Assembly: GCA_036785375.1 (NCBI GenBank)
Contig: JAWMAR010000104.1
Span: 3,782,001 to 3,846,000 of the forward strand
Origin: Leucoraja ocellata
Taxonomy: Eukaryota
Direction of reading: 5' to 3'
DNA length: 64,000 bases
Of the stretch, positions 61,795 to 64,000 are shown in pieces (position 1 is the stretch's first letter; the number at the start of each line of letters is the position of its first letter). A program made the position numbers and the translations under genes. A model generated the notes under the pieces. The model was not told where the DNA came from and searched no databases. It saw only the letters and a program-made list of their open reading frames with translations.

Positions 61795-63699
61795 CTAGCA
61801 TTTATAGTTGGTTTTTTTTATTGTAGGGCAAGGAAACATGCACAAACGCTTAAATAATAAGACCACACTGAAAAATATTTAAATAAGACAATCCTTATCT
61901 TTTCCCTTGCTCTTTATCAGCAGGCTCACCATTACACGAAAATATAATGGTAATTCAGATGTCGTGCTAGATTTCGCAAAAGGCAATACACTACTGACGA
62001 CAGACTCGAGGAAATACTGTGCAATTCAGCAAGATCCACTCAATGGTGCTGGCCTCCATGAGTCCAATGGCTAGGAAATTAACAATGTTCTGACTAGGTC
62101 AGTGAGTTTCAACTTTCCTGTGTGCAGATCATGCGCAAGGCGATCCAGCACTGTCTTCCATTTTAAACCTACGACTATTCTGATCTTTTAGCCTTTATTA
62201 GCATGATCCAGGCTATTGTACTCACAAGGTGCTTCCCATCAATTCTAAATCTTTTCCGGGGAAATTTGTACCTCTGTTGTCATTAGCGACACCACCTGTA
62301 TGCCAAACACATTGTGCCCCGTCGCCCGCTAGACTAAGGATGACAATGGGCCATAGAGTCTTTGGTTATACAAGATTAGACGTTTCTACGCAAGAGGCGC
62401 CCATCGAGATGAAGCTCTGGGTTGTATCTGACATTATGTAATACTAACCAATACTATCTACTATCAATTCATTCTTTCCTTGATCATTCAGAAAGCGAAG
62501 TGAGCTATTGTAAGCAATGCTATCAAACGGCAGTCACATTTGCTCGTGTATTAGCAATTGGATTACATGACAACATGAAACTGCAGCGATGTGTTTCTAA
62601 CCCTGGAAAAGTGCTTACCAAAATAATACGGTATTACTGTTTTATATTGCACGGCATCACATATCATAGTGGAAAGCTTCACTGGCAGGAGACGCAACTC
62701 GCAAGAACGTTTAATTTAAAAGGGTTAGATATTTGGGATTCACACTGCAAGGCTGACTTCCCTCCATGTCGCCTAACAGTCTGACATAAATTTATCACCA
62801 TTCCACACAGCTACTGAATCTAAGTATTGGAACGTCCTGGCAACATCATTTCAGAAGAAGCATCACCAGAAACGCTGCAGTGGTTCAAAAGCTGTCTCAT
62901 CAGCATTTGTTCAAGGGTACACGAAGATGAATAAATAACACAAATAAAGGGGGTACTGATGGTTGAAGAAAAACAATTCCCAAACAGACGCATCACTGAA
63001 GTAATTTCTGAATGAATTGCCTAGACCCAAAGTGAATTCACGGACGACCAGTACGATATTATGGCTGAAGAAGTTTGCAGTCTAGGACGAAATGGGGTTT
63101 GGAGTATTGAATAATGGATGAAATGACACCGATGTTGGACATTGGCTATCTCCAGCAACAAGAAGAACCAATTCTCCTCAATATGTATCATGCTGCCGTC
63201 ATCAGGTACACGTTTTATTACATAGATTTTAGCATTTGTCAGATATGTGAACAAGTTCATAAAAACTATGATTATAAACTGAAAGGAGACACTTTCATTC
63301 AACATTTCTTGCAGGATTTATGCGGATGGTATGCAATAAATCAGTATTATACAGAATACGCCGGGATAACACACTGTTGCTTCTTTAAGCACAACTGCAA
63401 AATCTTTCCGACCAGGAAAATAAAGATCAACAGGGAACCATAGGCGCGAGTACGTCCCATACACTAATCGCCTGGGTGTCATCATTTCTCAGAAACCATA
63501 GAAGCAGCCACATAAATACTTTGGCCATGTCAAAGTGAAGGGGGGGGGGGGGGGGGGGGGTGGTGGAGATTCCTTACGAATCTGAGGGGTGACGTTTATA
63601 CATAAGGCGTGGTAGGTGTGTGGAACGAACTGGAGGTAGTTGAGGTAGGTTTAAGAAACATTTCGATAAGCACATGGATAGGATAGTTTTAAAATGATA

Positions 63700-64000
63700 C
63701 TAGACCAAGTGCAGACCTGTTGGGTCTGTTTCCCCAACGGCGTGTGCGGGGGGGGGGGGGGGGTGAGAAGAGGGGAGGGAGGAGGAGGAAACGGGATAGA
63801 TTTGGGAGGGAAAGGAGAGCGGGGTAGGGGGTGAGGGATGGGCAGAGAGCTTTGGGGGAGGGGGATGGGGAGGGAGGGGAGGAGGGAGGGATGGGGAGAG
63901 GGTGGGGGGGGGGAAGAGGGGAAAGAGTGGGGAGTGAGGAGGAGAGGGGTAGCGGGAGTGATGGCAGAGGGACAGAGGGATAGGGAAAGGGTGTGGGGGG
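63700..64000 (-). mobile_element. Putative Helitron-like element 3' end with G/purine-rich body, running off the window
   Basis: Reverse complement of the 14550-14578 terminus (CTAG at 63700-63703, hairpin 63713-63727); adjoins a degraded CR1-like 3' fragment at ~63580-63699. Confidence 0.55.

Overview
Vertebrate genomic DNA, almost certainly an elasmobranch (skate/ray/shark), judged by an HE1/V-SINE-type tRNA SINE and abundant CR1-clade LINEs. The window is part of a clustered protocadherin (cPcdh) variable region. Nine large variable exons lie in tandem on the minus strand, labelled V1-V9 left to right (transcription order V9 to V1). Each encodes signal peptide, EC1-EC6, TM and a variable cytoplasmic domain, and ends at a phase-0 GAG|GTRAG donor; no constant exons are visible in the window. 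Eight are intact; V9 has a single 1-nt frameshift. Spacers hold CR1 LINE fragments, SINEs, a Tx1/L1-type fragment, Helitron-like elements and a 200-N gap. The gene family is known. The least explained features are: (1) an out-of-frame AUG at exactly -16 in all nine exons, forming an overlapping uORF; (2) a shared ~165-bp promoter module (YY1-like site, GGGGC box, two inverted CCAAT boxes, TTCTTAAAGC) with no obvious canonical forward CSE/CTCF site; (3) a reconstructable unequal crossover that made chimeric exon V4, plus patchwork gene conversion. All comparisons were made by eye; subcluster identity and species cannot be fixed from sequence alone.
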